A stretch of 48,929 nt of DNA from Candidatus Berkelbacteria bacterium (GTDB lineage Bacteria; Patescibacteriota; UBA1384; CAILIB01). Below the pieces are notes generated by a model. The model did no database searches. It was not told the origin of the DNA and was given only the letters and a program-made list of their open reading frames with translations. Of the stretch, positions 36,520-46,398 are shown in pieces. A program made the position numbers and the translations under genes. Positions within the stretch are counted from its first letter, which is position 1, and each line of letters begins with the position of its first letter. The stretch lies in assembly GCA_043751595.1 (NCBI GenBank), contig JAYUZR010000030.1, positions 1-48,929 on the forward strand. Reading direction: 5' to 3'.

Positions 36520-38681
36520 GCAAAACTCTCCTCTTAGTTGACGGAAACGCCCTTATTTACCGCGCCTACCATGCCTTTCCTAAGGAACTTACCACTAAGG
36601 CTGGCGACCCGATTGGCGCTGTCTACGGTTTTACCCGAATCTTACTTAGTACGATTAGCGACCTCAAGCCCGAGCAAGTAGCGGTCTCGTTTGATATTCG
36701 TGGCGGCACCTTTCGTCATGCCCAGTTTGCCAACTACAAAGCCAATCGTGAATCGATGCCCGAGGATTTGGCTGCCCAAATGGATACCGCCCACAAGGTA
36801 GTGGAGCACCTAGAGCTGCCGATTTACGCAGTGCAGGGCTACGAGGCAGACGATTGCATCGCCACTATTGCTCGCCAAGCGACCGAGTCTGACCCCGAGC
36901 AAAAGGTCATTGTTCTTAGTGGCGATATGGACTTGCTGCAGATGGTAAATGACCGTGTAACTGTTTTGCGACCCGCTTCTCCACCCAAAGTTCCTACCTT
37001 CTTCACTCCGGAAAAAGTACGTGAGCAATATGGTTTTGGCCCCGATATGGTCCCGGATTACAAAGGCCTGCGCGGAGATACCTCCGATAACATTCCCGGC
37101 GTTCCTGGCATTGGTGAAGTTACTGCCACTAAGCTACTCGCCCTCTACCCTGGCCTTGACCTGCTGTACGCCGCACTTGCCAAAGAAGAAACCCCCGAAG
37201 GTATGAGTGCGAGCATTGCCAAAAAGCTGCGTGATAACGAAGCCCTGGCTCGCGAGTGTAAAGACTTGGCCACCGTTTTGTATGATGCCCCCGTGCAGTA
37301 CAAAGCAGAAGATTGCGCCCTAAGTCTGGCCGAACCCGAAAAGCTGGTTAAACTCTTTCACGAGCTTGGCTTTAAGAGCTTAATGCAGTACCTACCCACC
37401 AGCCACAAAGCCCTGGCCTCGGTAACCGATATTTTTGGCGAAAGCGTGGAAGAAGAGAAGAAGGACGAAAAGCCTGCTGAGCTGGTCCCAGAAAGTGAAA
37501 GCGAGAAGAATGATACCCTTCTTGCCCCCATCCTTCGCGACATGGAAGAATACGGCGTATTGATTGATCGCCCGTACCTGCGCGCCCTGCAAGATGAGCT
37601 TGGAGAGGAAATTATAAGTCTTCGCGAGCAACTGCATATTCTTGCCGGCCAAGAGTTTAACCCCGATTCTCCGTCTCAGGTTGGCACCATTTTGTACGAA
37701 GTATTACACCTGCCAACCGAGCATGTGCGCAAGGGCAAAACTGGGTACACCACCGATGCTTCAACCCTCCAAGACTTTGCCCCGAATTACCCGATTGCCG
37801 CCAAGCTTTTGGAGTACCGCGAGCTAACTAAGCTACAAAGCACCTACGTTTTGCCGCTGCAAGAAATTGCTGACCAGAACGACCGTCTGCACACCTCCTA
37901 CTCTCCCGATGCTGCCAGTGGACGTATTTCTTCTCGCAACCCCAATCTGCAAAATATTCCCAGCAAGACCGAGACCGGTCGCCGTATCCGTCAAGCGTTT
38001 ATCGCCCCTCCAGGGACTACACTCGTAGGAGCCGATTATTCTCAAATGGAGCTTCGCGTTGCCGCCCACCTTTCTGGTGATGAAAACCTTTGCCGGGTTT
38101 TTGCCGAAGGCCGAGATGTACATACTGAAACGGCTGAGAAAATGGGAGTTGATCGTCGTGTGGCCAAAATGATCAACTTCTCTATTTTATATGGAAAAGG
38201 TGCCTACGGATTCTCCCAAGATCTGGGCGTAACTATGGCCGAGGCTAAGGCCTATATTGCTCAGTATTTCGCTACCTACCCTAAGCTTAGAGAATACCTT
38301 GATAACGTGGTGCGCATTGGGCGTGAAAAAGGGTATGTAGAAACGATGTTCGGCAAGCGCCGCCCTTTGCCCGATCTTACCTCTAGCAATGCCATGCGCC
38401 GGGCCGCCGCTGAGCGCGAAGCCTTTAATCATCCGATTCAGGGAAGCCAGGCCGATATTCTTAAGCGCGCGATGATTAACCTAAGCGCCGCCCTCCCCAA
38501 GAAGTTTAAGATGATCCTGACCGTACACGACGAACTTATTCTTGAAGTTCCTGAAGGGCGAGAGGAAGAGGCCGGCAAACTAATCAAGCAGTACATGGAA
38601 TCGGCCGTTACCTTGAGCGTGCCGGTGGTGGCTTCCGTGAAACAAGGAAAGAATTGGGCGGGAATGGAAGCCACTAACTAA
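36516..38681 (+). CDS. polA: DNA polymerase I lacking the 3'-5' exonuclease domain
   Basis: 5'-3' exonuclease (DGNA, EADD, GDTSDNIPG) joined by a short acidic linker to the polymerase domain (NLQNIP, ADYSQMELR, VHDEL). Confidence 0.95.
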   Translation: MSKTLLLVDGNALIYRAYHAFPKELTTKAGDPIGAVYGFTRILLSTISDLKPEQVAVSFDIRGGTFRHAQFANYKANRESMPEDLAAQMDTAHKVVEHLELPIYAVQGYEADDCIATIARQATESDPEQKVIVLSGDMDLLQMVNDRVTVLRPASPPKVPTFFTPEKVREQYGFGPDMVPDYKGLRGDTSDNIPGVPGIGEVTATKLLALYPGLDLLYAALAKEETPEGMSASIAKKLRDNEALARECKDLATVLYDAPVQYKAEDCALSLAEPEKLVKLFHELGFKSLMQYLPTSHKALASVTDIFGESVEEEKKDEKPAELVPESESEKNDTLLAPILRDMEEYGVLIDRPYLRALQDELGEEIISLREQLHILAGQEFNPDSPSQVGTILYEVLHLPTEHVRKGKTGYTTDASTLQDFAPNYPIAAKLLEYRELTKLQSTYVLPLQEIADQNDRLHTSYSPDAASGRISSRNPNLQNIPSKTETGRRIRQAFIAPPGTTLVGADYSQMELRVAAHLSGDENLCRVFAEGRDVHTETAEKMGVDRRVAKMINFSILYGKGAYGFSQDLGVTMAEAKAYIAQYFATYPKLREYLDNVVRIGREKGYVETMFGKRRPLPDLTSSNAMRRAAAEREAFNHPIQGSQADILKRAMINLSAALPKKFKMILTVHDELILEVPEGREEEAGKLIKQYMESAVTLSVPVVASVKQGKNWAGMEATN

Positions 38682-39016
38682 TGATCCGGATTAGCGGCCT
38701 TAGAAAAGTTGTACTCATTGTTGGAATTTTGCAGGCACTCGTCACAGCATCGTGGCTAATTACCCTGCAGCCAAATTGGATGCTCTGGGTCTTCCGACAC
38801 AGCATAATGCACGAGATGGTGTGGTCTATTTTTGGACTCTACTACCCAATACTTCTTTTTCTTCCTCTGCTGCTTATTGCCTGGTTTTTCACTGAGAAAG
38901 ACTCACCAAAAAGAAAGGTATTGCTGTACCAAATCTTAGGAATGAACGTGTATGGCGTAGTATTTACCGCCGCCACGGTACTCGAGTTCTTAATCAGTAT
39001 GAGAAACTTCAACTAG
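38681..39016 (+). CDS. Hypothetical membrane protein (3 TM)
   Basis: TAATG overlap with polA; hydrophobic. Confidence 0.6.
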   Translation: MIRISGLRKVVLIVGILQALVTASWLITLQPNWMLWVFRHSIMHEMVWSIFGLYYPILLFLPLLLIAWFFTEKDSPKRKVLLYQILGMNVYGVVFTAATVLEFLISMRNFN

Positions 39017-39020
39017 CAAA

Positions 39021-39977
39021 TTACCAAAACGACTGTCCGCTCAACGTCCCATACACTCGCTGCCACAGCGGCCAGAACTTTCGCACCAGCGCGTACTTAC
39101 TTGCATCAACCTGAATATCAAAGGCTGGCAAATACTCCGTTACCTCCGGGCTAAACATGGATTTAAATTGATAGAGCTTAGCAAAATGGTGATTCGGATT
39201 CTCGAGTTCGCTACGTGGCGGAACCGCAATAAGATCGTAGCTCGTGCAGTCCTGCTCGATCGCCCACTTTACGCATTCAGACTGCAGTAAGTAACTAAAC
39301 ATAGTGTTACTGGCCTTGCCGCGTACACTTCCACCATCACGGAAAAAGGCTTCAGTACCTTCCTTAAGCACAAAGGCTCCTCCCAGTAATTCGCCTTCGA
39401 GTGAAGTAAAAATAAGCTGTCCATCCCCTGATTTGGCATACATACTCCAAACCTCGGCGTAGTAGGAATACGGGCGACCAGCAAATTCTCCTCGCTCGGT
39501 AGTTGCTTTTATCAGCGCGAAAAACTTTTGCATATTTTCCGCATTACACTCAACTCGCTCTACTACCACACCCTTTCGCTCGGCCAAGTTCACGTTATAT
39601 CGGGTTTTTTGCTTAAGCGATGCCAACCATTCAGCATGCGTTGCGGGAAGAGAAAGAATAATGCAGGCCCGAGGGTTTGGATCACTCCAGGTCTGGGAAA
39701 CATTTTCCATAACAGAGATCTTAACCTTGGCATCAAGCAGGGCCTCGAGACGAACAAAGACTAGTCCGAGCTTCTTGCCTTCACCACGCAAAAGCTCGAC
39801 AAGCAACGGCAACTTTTCCGCACTCACAGCAAGCTTTGGCACATAGCCAATCCCACCAAGACCAGGCGCCATGCGGTACATCATCACAAACGAAAGCTCT
39901 TCAAATGTAAGCTCAAGAAAGCGCCATCCGTGATGAGCCTTAAACTCTGCCCAGCGCTTAGTTTGAAGAAAGTGCAT
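39021..39977 (-). CDS. FemAB/FemX-family peptidoglycan bridge peptidyltransferase
   Basis: HFLQTKRWAEFK, KQKTRYNVNLAERKGV, YDL and LYQFKSMF. Confidence 0.88.
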   Translation of the reverse strand: MHFLQTKRWAEFKAHHGWRFLELTFEELSFVMMYRMAPGLGGIGYVPKLAVSAEKLPLLVELLRGEGKKLGLVFVRLEALLDAKVKISVMENVSQTWSDPNPRACIILSLPATHAEWLASLKQKTRYNVNLAERKGVVVERVECNAENMQKFFALIKATTERGEFAGRPYSYYAEVWSMYAKSGDGQLIFTSLEGELLGGAFVLKEGTEAFFRDGGSVRGKASNTMFSYLLQSECVKWAIEQDCTSYDLIAVPPRSELENPNHHFAKLYQFKSMFSPEVTEYLPAFDIQVDASKYALVRKFWPLWQRVYGTLSGQSFW

Positions 39978-40007
39978 GCCGCGATTCTAGCGCAATCTGG
40001 GTCGAGC

Positions 40008-40868
40008 TCAAGCGAGCTCGGTGCGCTGACGCAGCTTTTTAAGGAAATACTCTGGCAACGTGTGTACGGCAAGGGCAGGTTTTTCGGTCCCTACCGCTTG
40101 ATACACCTGTAGCCACCAGCAGAGGTGTGGTGCGTGCGTTGCCATACCAGAGTGCACGCGAACCATCCACTCCGCTTGAGGGAACTCGTGGTGTAAGTGC
40201 GCCATCAAAAGCGCAAGCAACTGCCCCATCCCAGCTCGCTCATCGGCCCCAACTGATTCTACCGAAGGATGGTGGCGATGCGGCAAGAACCACATCTCGT
40301 TTTCGTGGAGCGGTGCTGCAGGCAAAATAAGATGCACTAAGGTGTCGTGATGGAGCTCGAAGAAGCGCTCACGTTCGTGGAGCTTGGTAGCGATTTCGTC
40401 AGTAATAAGGGTAGACATACCTACTAGCTCTTGAGTTGCGGCGACTAGATCGCCTACTCGGTGGTAGCCCTCTACTTGCTTGCGTAGGCCAGTGTTAAAC
40501 TGCACATGCACGTGCTGCAAATGCTCGTTGGTGTGCAATTGGCGCACGCGTTGCTGCACAAGCTCGAGCCAGCCTGTCCATTGAGCGGCGGTCCAGGTAA
40601 AGACATCTTCGGGTCCACGGTAGAGCAGAAGCTCGTACTCGCCCACGGGTGGCTCGCTGGCATACACCTGGCCTTCTTCTACTCCCATGGTAACTTCCAG
40701 GGGATCGAAGACGAGTGGTTGATGCGGCAAATGCGCAGCCACAAATGGTGCGCTCGATTTACCACCATCAAGCAAAGCTGAGGTATTAAGGGTAATTGCG
40801 GTAGGAATTGGCTGAGGACCTACCAAGACCCACTGGTGGAAGACGGGGTTGTAACGAAAGGCGTGCAT
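40008..40868 (-). CDS. Degenerate GalT/HIT-fold protein
   Basis: FRYNPVFHQWVLV N-terminus, EMWFLPHRH, PEYFLKKLR C-terminus; no HPH catalytic motif visible. Confidence 0.6.
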   Translation of the reverse strand: MHAFRYNPVFHQWVLVGPQPIPTAITLNTSALLDGGKSSAPFVAAHLPHQPLVFDPLEVTMGVEEGQVYASEPPVGEYELLLYRGPEDVFTWTAAQWTGWLELVQQRVRQLHTNEHLQHVHVQFNTGLRKQVEGYHRVGDLVAATQELVGMSTLITDEIATKLHERERFFELHHDTLVHLILPAAPLHENEMWFLPHRHHPSVESVGADERAGMGQLLALLMAHLHHEFPQAEWMVRVHSGMATHAPHLCWWLQVYQAVGTEKPALAVHTLPEYFLKKLRQRTELA

Positions 40869-40998
40869 GATATAACCATCCTACACCAGCCTTCACATCT
40901 TGCGCCACTGGCACAGGTATGGTAGGTTCCGTCCAGCTGCCATTTTTGTGTGGCCTCATTGTCATCAACTACCAATTCATTCAGGTAATCATCCCAGT

Positions 40999-41364
40999 AT
41001 GCCAGTAACTAAGTCGGCCAAGCAGGCACAGCGCACTTCCGAGCGTCGCCACCAAGAAAACCTTAAGATTAAGGCAATCTACAAAAACGCTATCAAGGGT
41101 GTTAAAAAGGCTATTGTATCTGGCGCAGAAGATGTTAGTCAGCTTCTTTCTGTAGCTCAGAGCGCGCTCGATACCGCAGCTAAAAGCAAGACCATTCACC
41201 GCAACAAAGCGGCTCGCCTTAAGTCTCGCCTAGCTAAGCGCATTTCCGCTACTCCTGCAGAGGTTGCAGCTTCTACCAAGAAAGCTTCTACTCCTCGCAA
41301 AACCGCTGCTGCTACCAAAAAGGCAACTACTGCTAAAAAGGTTGCTGCTGCCAAGGCTGCCTAA
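40999..41364 (+). CDS. rpsT: 30S ribosomal protein S20 with a Lys/Ala-rich tail
   Basis: MPVTKSAKQA...IHRNKAARLKSRL. Confidence 0.93.
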   Translation: MPVTKSAKQAQRTSERRHQENLKIKAIYKNAIKGVKKAIVSGAEDVSQLLSVAQSALDTAAKSKTIHRNKAARLKSRLAKRISATPAEVAASTKKASTPRKTAAATKKATTAKKVAAAKAA

Positions 41365-41372
41365 CTTTTTCT

Positions 41373-42008
41373 ATGTTCCGGCAACGGGTCACGGTAACGC
41401 TCGATCCTAGCCTCGTAGAAGCGGCCGACATTCTGGTTGATGGTGCCACGGTGAGAAGCCGCTCGCACGCATTCGAGGTCCTCATGCATGAGGGCCTCGG
41501 CTTGTCTAATCTCGATACTCTGGTTGTGATTACCGAAGATTCTTGGGCTGCAGCTGCCCTCACTCAACTTATCGCGCTCTTGCAAGGCATTACCTGGAAA
41601 CAAGCTCATCTGGTTAGTTCTAGCAACCTGCCCGATGCACCGGCCTTACTAAGTTCGCTCGAGCAAGCCCTCCTCCTTACCTGGAATCGCCTCCCAGGCG
41701 AGTTTGGTGATGGCGGAGCTCTCTCGCTCCTAAAGGGTCAAGTTACTAATTCGATGCTCGTCGTTTGGCTAGGAGATACCCTTTCTGTTCCGCAAAGTAT
41801 TCTTCCTGCTTTTGCTTTTCATCGCCAACACCACTCCTCGGTAACCGAGCTTATCGCCACCTCCAAAGAAGGCTATAGCACTACCGGCCTCGCCATTATC
41901 CAGCCCGAAGTCTGCGACAGCATTCCAGCTGGAAAAAGCAGCCTACGAGCCGACATATTCCCTAGTCTCGCCAAGCAAGGTAGAGTACGGGCATATGTCA
42001 CTACATGA
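41373..42008 (+). CDS. Ribbon-helix-helix domain fused to a degenerate nucleotidyltransferase-like domain
   Basis: RVTVTLD..RSRSHAFE RHH; GDGGAL, WLGD, GLAIIQPEV and SLRADIFPSL resemble NTP_transferase, but the GxGxR motif is absent. Confidence 0.65.
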   Translation: MFRQRVTVTLDPSLVEAADILVDGATVRSRSHAFEVLMHEGLGLSNLDTLVVITEDSWAAAALTQLIALLQGITWKQAHLVSSSNLPDAPALLSSLEQALLLTWNRLPGEFGDGGALSLLKGQVTNSMLVVWLGDTLSVPQSILPAFAFHRQHHSSVTELIATSKEGYSTTGLAIIQPEVCDSIPAGKSSLRADIFPSLAKQGRVRAYVTT

Positions 42009-43071
42009 TCACACCTACGTTGTCCTTGTGGCGGGTGGAGTAGGCTCCAGGCTTTGGCCAACTAGCCGCACTAATTTACCTAAGCAGTTCCGTAGTTTTG
42101 TTGGAGAGGAAACTCTCTTTCAATACGCCGCCGCGCTCGTAGAACAACTCGTTCCTATCGAGCGTATTTTTGTAGTTGCCCCCGGAAAGTTTGTTGATAT
42201 TATCCGTGAGCAACTTCCCTCTCTTCCACACGATAACCTCCTCGTGGAGCCCGCTCAGCGCGATACCGGCCCCGCCTGTGCTTTTGCCATGGCCCAGGTG
42301 CTCGCTCGTGATCCAGAGGCGCAGGTGGCGATGCTCTGGTCTGATCACCACGTAACGAAGCCTGAGGCCTTTGTAGAAGTACTCCGCAACGGATTCACCC
42401 TCCTTGAGAAAAACCCAAATCAGTTTGTCTGCGTAGGAGTTAAGCCAACGGCACCAGAAACTGGCTACGGCTATATTCAGATGGGCAAAGAACGTGAGCT
42501 TATTGGCAACCAGTCAGTCTATCGAGTAAAGCGCTTTGTGGAGAAGCCTGATCTCGCTACCGCGAAAGCCTTTGTTAGCTCATGGGAATATCTTTGGAAC
42601 CCTGGGTACAACCTTTGCGGTGCCCGACATTTTATGAACACCCTCTATAAAGTAGCGCCTGAGCTAAAGGAGCAGCTTGAGAAACTAGGGAGCTCCGATC
42701 TTGCCGCTCTTAAAGAAACCTACGAAGCCCTCCCCAAGCAATCAATTGATGTATTACTCATCCAGCAGCTACCCGAACAGTACGTACTGCCGGCCGATCT
42801 TGGCTGGAGCGATGTCGGTTCCTGGAGCTCTATCCACGATGTTCTTTCTGCCGATATTCCAGATGGCATGGTTACTCGCGGCCCAGTCCATGCTCTTTCT
42901 AGTAAGAATAGTCTGGTCTACGCCAAAGACCGGCCAATTATGCTAGTTGGCATGGAAGATGTAGTAGTGGTAGACGAAGGTGATGCCGTACTTATTATGC
43001 GTAAATCAGCTTCGCAGCAGGTAAAAACCCTAGTCGAAGAACTCAAGCAATCTAATCCTGAACTCCTATGA
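41995..43071 (+). CDS. manC: Mannose-1-phosphate guanylyltransferase
   Basis: AGGVGSRLWPTSR..PKQF, SDH, ETGYGYI, FVEKP and WSDVGSW. Confidence 0.93.
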   Translation: MSLHDHTYVVLVAGGVGSRLWPTSRTNLPKQFRSFVGEETLFQYAAALVEQLVPIERIFVVAPGKFVDIIREQLPSLPHDNLLVEPAQRDTGPACAFAMAQVLARDPEAQVAMLWSDHHVTKPEAFVEVLRNGFTLLEKNPNQFVCVGVKPTAPETGYGYIQMGKERELIGNQSVYRVKRFVEKPDLATAKAFVSSWEYLWNPGYNLCGARHFMNTLYKVAPELKEQLEKLGSSDLAALKETYEALPKQSIDVLLIQQLPEQYVLPADLGWSDVGSWSSIHDVLSADIPDGMVTRGPVHALSSKNSLVYAKDRPIMLVGMEDVVVVDEGDAVLIMRKSASQQVKTLVEELKQSNPELL

Positions 43072-44447
43072 TCGCCGATCAATCTATTTTTCGGGCCTAC
43101 GATATGCGTGGCCTCTACCCTAGCCAAATGAACGAGGCAATTGCCTTTGCTGCGGGCCAGGCCTTTGTACAGATTCTTGGCGCTAAAAAAGTAGTGGTAG
43201 GGCGCGATGTTCGCCCGAGTGGTGTTTCACTCGAAGAAGCAATGATCCGTGGTATTACCGAGGCGGGTGCTGATGTTATCCGCGTTGGTGTGATCTCTAC
43301 CGACATGCTCTACTATGCGGCCGGCACGCTGGATTGTGATGGTGGCATGAGCATTACCGCCTCTCACAACCCGCACGGCTGGAACGGTATAAAGTTTATT
43401 GCTAAAGGCGCTAAGCCAATCACCAAAGAAGGTGAGCTTGGCCAGATCTACGATTTTATTAATTCTGGTCAAAAGATTTCTCAGTTTGAGCACGGCACCG
43501 TAACCGATCACGATCTTCTGCCCGATTTTGTCAGCTTCCTTAAAAAGCACATTCCGGCCGATCTTCCAGCTATGAAGCTGGTGCTTAATCCAAACTTTGG
43601 TGCCCTCGGAAAAGTACTGGATGCCACCCTTGAAGGCACTCCGCTCGAGATTGTGCGCCTAAACTGGGTAGAAGATGGCACCTTCCCTAAGGGCACTCCC
43701 GATCCCCTCCTGCCTTCTAACCGCAAAGAAATTAGCGAAACGGTAGTAGCCGAAAAGGCCACGCTTGGCTTCGCTTTTGATGCCGATGCCGACCGCTGCT
43801 TCTGCTTTGATGAACAAGGCCGCTTCTTTCACGGCTATTACCTTACCTGCCTGATCAGCGAAACCTTGCTGGCCGAAAACCCCGGTGCCGCCATTGTGGC
43901 CGAACGCCGACTAGTACGAGGAGTACGTGAAACCGTTGCCAAAAACGGAGGTGAACTTGTCTACAGCAAGACCGGACATGGCTACTTTAAGAACAGCATG
44001 CGCCAGCATAACGCCGTATTTGGCGGCGAAGTAAGTGGTCACTTTTATTACCGCGAGTTCTTTGGCTGCGATAGCGGAATCTTTACCCTTATTACGCTTC
44101 TCAAGCGCTTCTCACAGGCCTTAGCTGCGGGGCAGACCGTCGGCACCCTCTTGGACGCTTACATGGCTCACTACCCTGTCTGGCCACAAGAGCTTAATTT
44201 TATCGTTCCGGATTCTGCCGTGGTACTTGCTGCCGCTAAAGAAAAGTTTAGCGACGCCGAACTGAACGACCAAGAAGGCTATTCCTTCGAGTTCCCAACC
44301 TGGTACTTTAATATGCGCCTTTCCGCCAATGAGCCCGTCATGCGCGTAAACATTGAGGCAGCTACCGCGGAAGAAGTTACCCAGCATCAAGAGGAGCTGA
44401 TGGAGCTGGTTACTTCCCACGGCGGCACCCTGCGTAACGACGAATAA
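43068..44447 (+). CDS. manB: Phosphomannomutase/phosphoglucomutase
   Basis: FRAYDMRG, TASHNP, FDADADR and GEVSGH. Confidence 0.93.
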   Translation: MIADQSIFRAYDMRGLYPSQMNEAIAFAAGQAFVQILGAKKVVVGRDVRPSGVSLEEAMIRGITEAGADVIRVGVISTDMLYYAAGTLDCDGGMSITASHNPHGWNGIKFIAKGAKPITKEGELGQIYDFINSGQKISQFEHGTVTDHDLLPDFVSFLKKHIPADLPAMKLVLNPNFGALGKVLDATLEGTPLEIVRLNWVEDGTFPKGTPDPLLPSNRKEISETVVAEKATLGFAFDADADRCFCFDEQGRFFHGYYLTCLISETLLAENPGAAIVAERRLVRGVRETVAKNGGELVYSKTGHGYFKNSMRQHNAVFGGEVSGHFYYREFFGCDSGIFTLITLLKRFSQALAAGQTVGTLLDAYMAHYPVWPQELNFIVPDSAVVLAAAKEKFSDAELNDQEGYSFEFPTWYFNMRLSANEPVMRVNIEAATAEEVTQHQEELMELVTSHGGTLRNDE

Positions 44448-44456
44448 CACCCAAGT

Positions 44457-45332
44457 ATGAATCACTTTTTAGGCATCGATATTGGTGGCACCAAACTAGC
44501 GTGGGGATTGTTTGACGCCAACCTGCAACTAAGTGAGCACGGCCGAATGCCAACCCCACCCGATTTAGAAGGTCTCTTAGCCGAGATTAAAGATCTGGCC
44601 ACCGCACAAGGCGAAGCCGAAGTAGTGGCCATTGGCTTGGGCATCCCCGGTACCCACACCAAAGACCGCGGCAGCATGCTGATTTCTCCAAATATCCCCT
44701 ACCTAAACGGGGTAAATATTTTGGGCGAACTGAAAGTACTGCTACCCGGAATTGCTATCACCTACGATAACGACGCCCGCTGCGCCCTGGTTGGAGAAGT
44801 GGTAGCCGGAGCGGCTAAAAACCTGCGCAACGCTGTGCTTATTACGATTGGTACTGGCGTTGGCGGGGCCGTACTCCAGCGTGGCCATGTATTGCAACAT
44901 CCAGACGATATCACGCAAGAACTGGGTCATATTCCGGTTGATTCTATGGACGCCTATACCTCTCCCCATTCGGGCCGAGGAACTCTGGAAGCCTTTTTAG
45001 GAGGTAAAAATCTTGAAGAACGCTTGGATATTTCTCTTAAAGAACAAGTCGCCCTTGCCCGTAAGGATGATACTGAATCGCTGGAGATTTGGGCTCAGAT
45101 TCAAGAATATATGGATCGCTGCTTGGGAGCGCTGGAGAATACGTACAACTGCGAGACGATCCTGGTTGGTGGCGTGGCTAGTAATGATCTTGATCTCTAC
45201 TTAGGTGACCACGAGCTACCCTGCAAAGTGATTCCCACCAAACTTGGCGAGCTTTCTGGCCTGTATGGCGCTGCCCAACTTGCGCTTGATGCTTGGCATG
45301 ATGCAAAGACGGGTAATGAGTTGTGGGTGTAA
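44457..45332 (+). CDS. ROK family sugar kinase
   Basis: GIDIGGTK, DNDA, IGTGVGG and ELGH; the Cys-rich zinc motif is absent. Confidence 0.88.
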   Translation: MNHFLGIDIGGTKLAWGLFDANLQLSEHGRMPTPPDLEGLLAEIKDLATAQGEAEVVAIGLGIPGTHTKDRGSMLISPNIPYLNGVNILGELKVLLPGIAITYDNDARCALVGEVVAGAAKNLRNAVLITIGTGVGGAVLQRGHVLQHPDDITQELGHIPVDSMDAYTSPHSGRGTLEAFLGGKNLEERLDISLKEQVALARKDDTESLEIWAQIQEYMDRCLGALENTYNCETILVGGVASNDLDLYLGDHELPCKVIPTKLGELSGLYGAAQLALDAWHDAKTGNELWV

Positions 45333-45357
45333 GCAGTACTAGCATGAAGAAAAAATA

Positions 45358-46398
45358 ATGGATGAGGGCGATCCAAAAGTTGAGACTGCACCAGTAGACG
45401 AAAAGCCAGTCAACCAAGAATCTGGCTACGATCTGGTCGAACGCAAAGCATTGCTCGAAGTATTTGCCAATCAAGGCATTAAGCTTTCTCATGACCTACA
45501 GGCCATGCTCCTAGAGGCACCTGATTACCAGGGAGGGCGAAAGGGTTGCGGCTTTACTACGGCCTCACGCGAGATAAGCCAGATAGTAGATGGTAAAGAA
45601 GGGCGTGCGCGCAGCCGAGTATTTGATGGTAGTTTTACCTCCGAACTTAACCTCGCCTGTTTTAACGCCGCTCAAGATGCCCTTGATGCTGGCAAATTAC
45701 CCGATGAAGTTGCTGCTGACCGCTATGAGCGTGAGTTAGTTGCGGCCAAGCTGGCCGAGATGCGAACTAATCTTGAGCCAAGTATCGAAGCTATCAAGGA
45801 TGAACCCATGCGCATGATGGGAAGGATGATCCTGGACTGCATCTCCCCCTACACCCCCAAGGAATCAGACATTGTTCTTAACGGAGATCAAGACAAGGAC
45901 ACCGCTGGCACCTGCACTACTTCTGAAATATATTTTCTTGATGCAACGGTTGCTCAAGAAAAGCGCCATGGCAGCGGTTATAATGGTGAGACTAAGTATT
46001 TTAATACTATTCAAGGTCCAGACGGTGAGCCTCTAGGTATCGAAAAAATAGGAATGGGTAATGTGAATGTTCTTACCCTTAAAGAAGTGGTCTGGAAGGG
46101 ATTGCGCATGCCTGCAGGCTCACTATTCGCCATGCACCGACCCAAGGATGAGGGTGGAAAATCACAGATTGTTGGCGAGCTTTCAGGTGCTGGATCAACT
46201 CGTATTATTCCAGCTGCTGACTATACCTTTACTCCGCTGCGGTTGAGCACCTTGAGTGTTAATCACGCAGACCGCGCAAGAATCTTTGGAAAGCAGCTAG
46301 AAGACCAGAAAAACTTCGAGTATGCCAATTGCGATACGGCCGAGCTTTCACATGTGCGAGATGCAGCGCTCTTACTTTCTCGCGGCAAAGCGATCTAG
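45358..46398 (+). CDS. Hypothetical protein
   Basis: 346-aa ORF; no family recognised. Confidence 0.7.
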   Translation: MDEGDPKVETAPVDEKPVNQESGYDLVERKALLEVFANQGIKLSHDLQAMLLEAPDYQGGRKGCGFTTASREISQIVDGKEGRARSRVFDGSFTSELNLACFNAAQDALDAGKLPDEVAADRYERELVAAKLAEMRTNLEPSIEAIKDEPMRMMGRMILDCISPYTPKESDIVLNGDQDKDTAGTCTTSEIYFLDATVAQEKRHGSGYNGETKYFNTIQGPDGEPLGIEKIGMGNVNVLTLKEVVWKGLRMPAGSLFAMHRPKDEGGKSQIVGELSGAGSTRIIPAADYTFTPLRLSTLSVNHADRARIFGKQLEDQKNFEYANCDTAELSHVRDAALLLSRGKAI

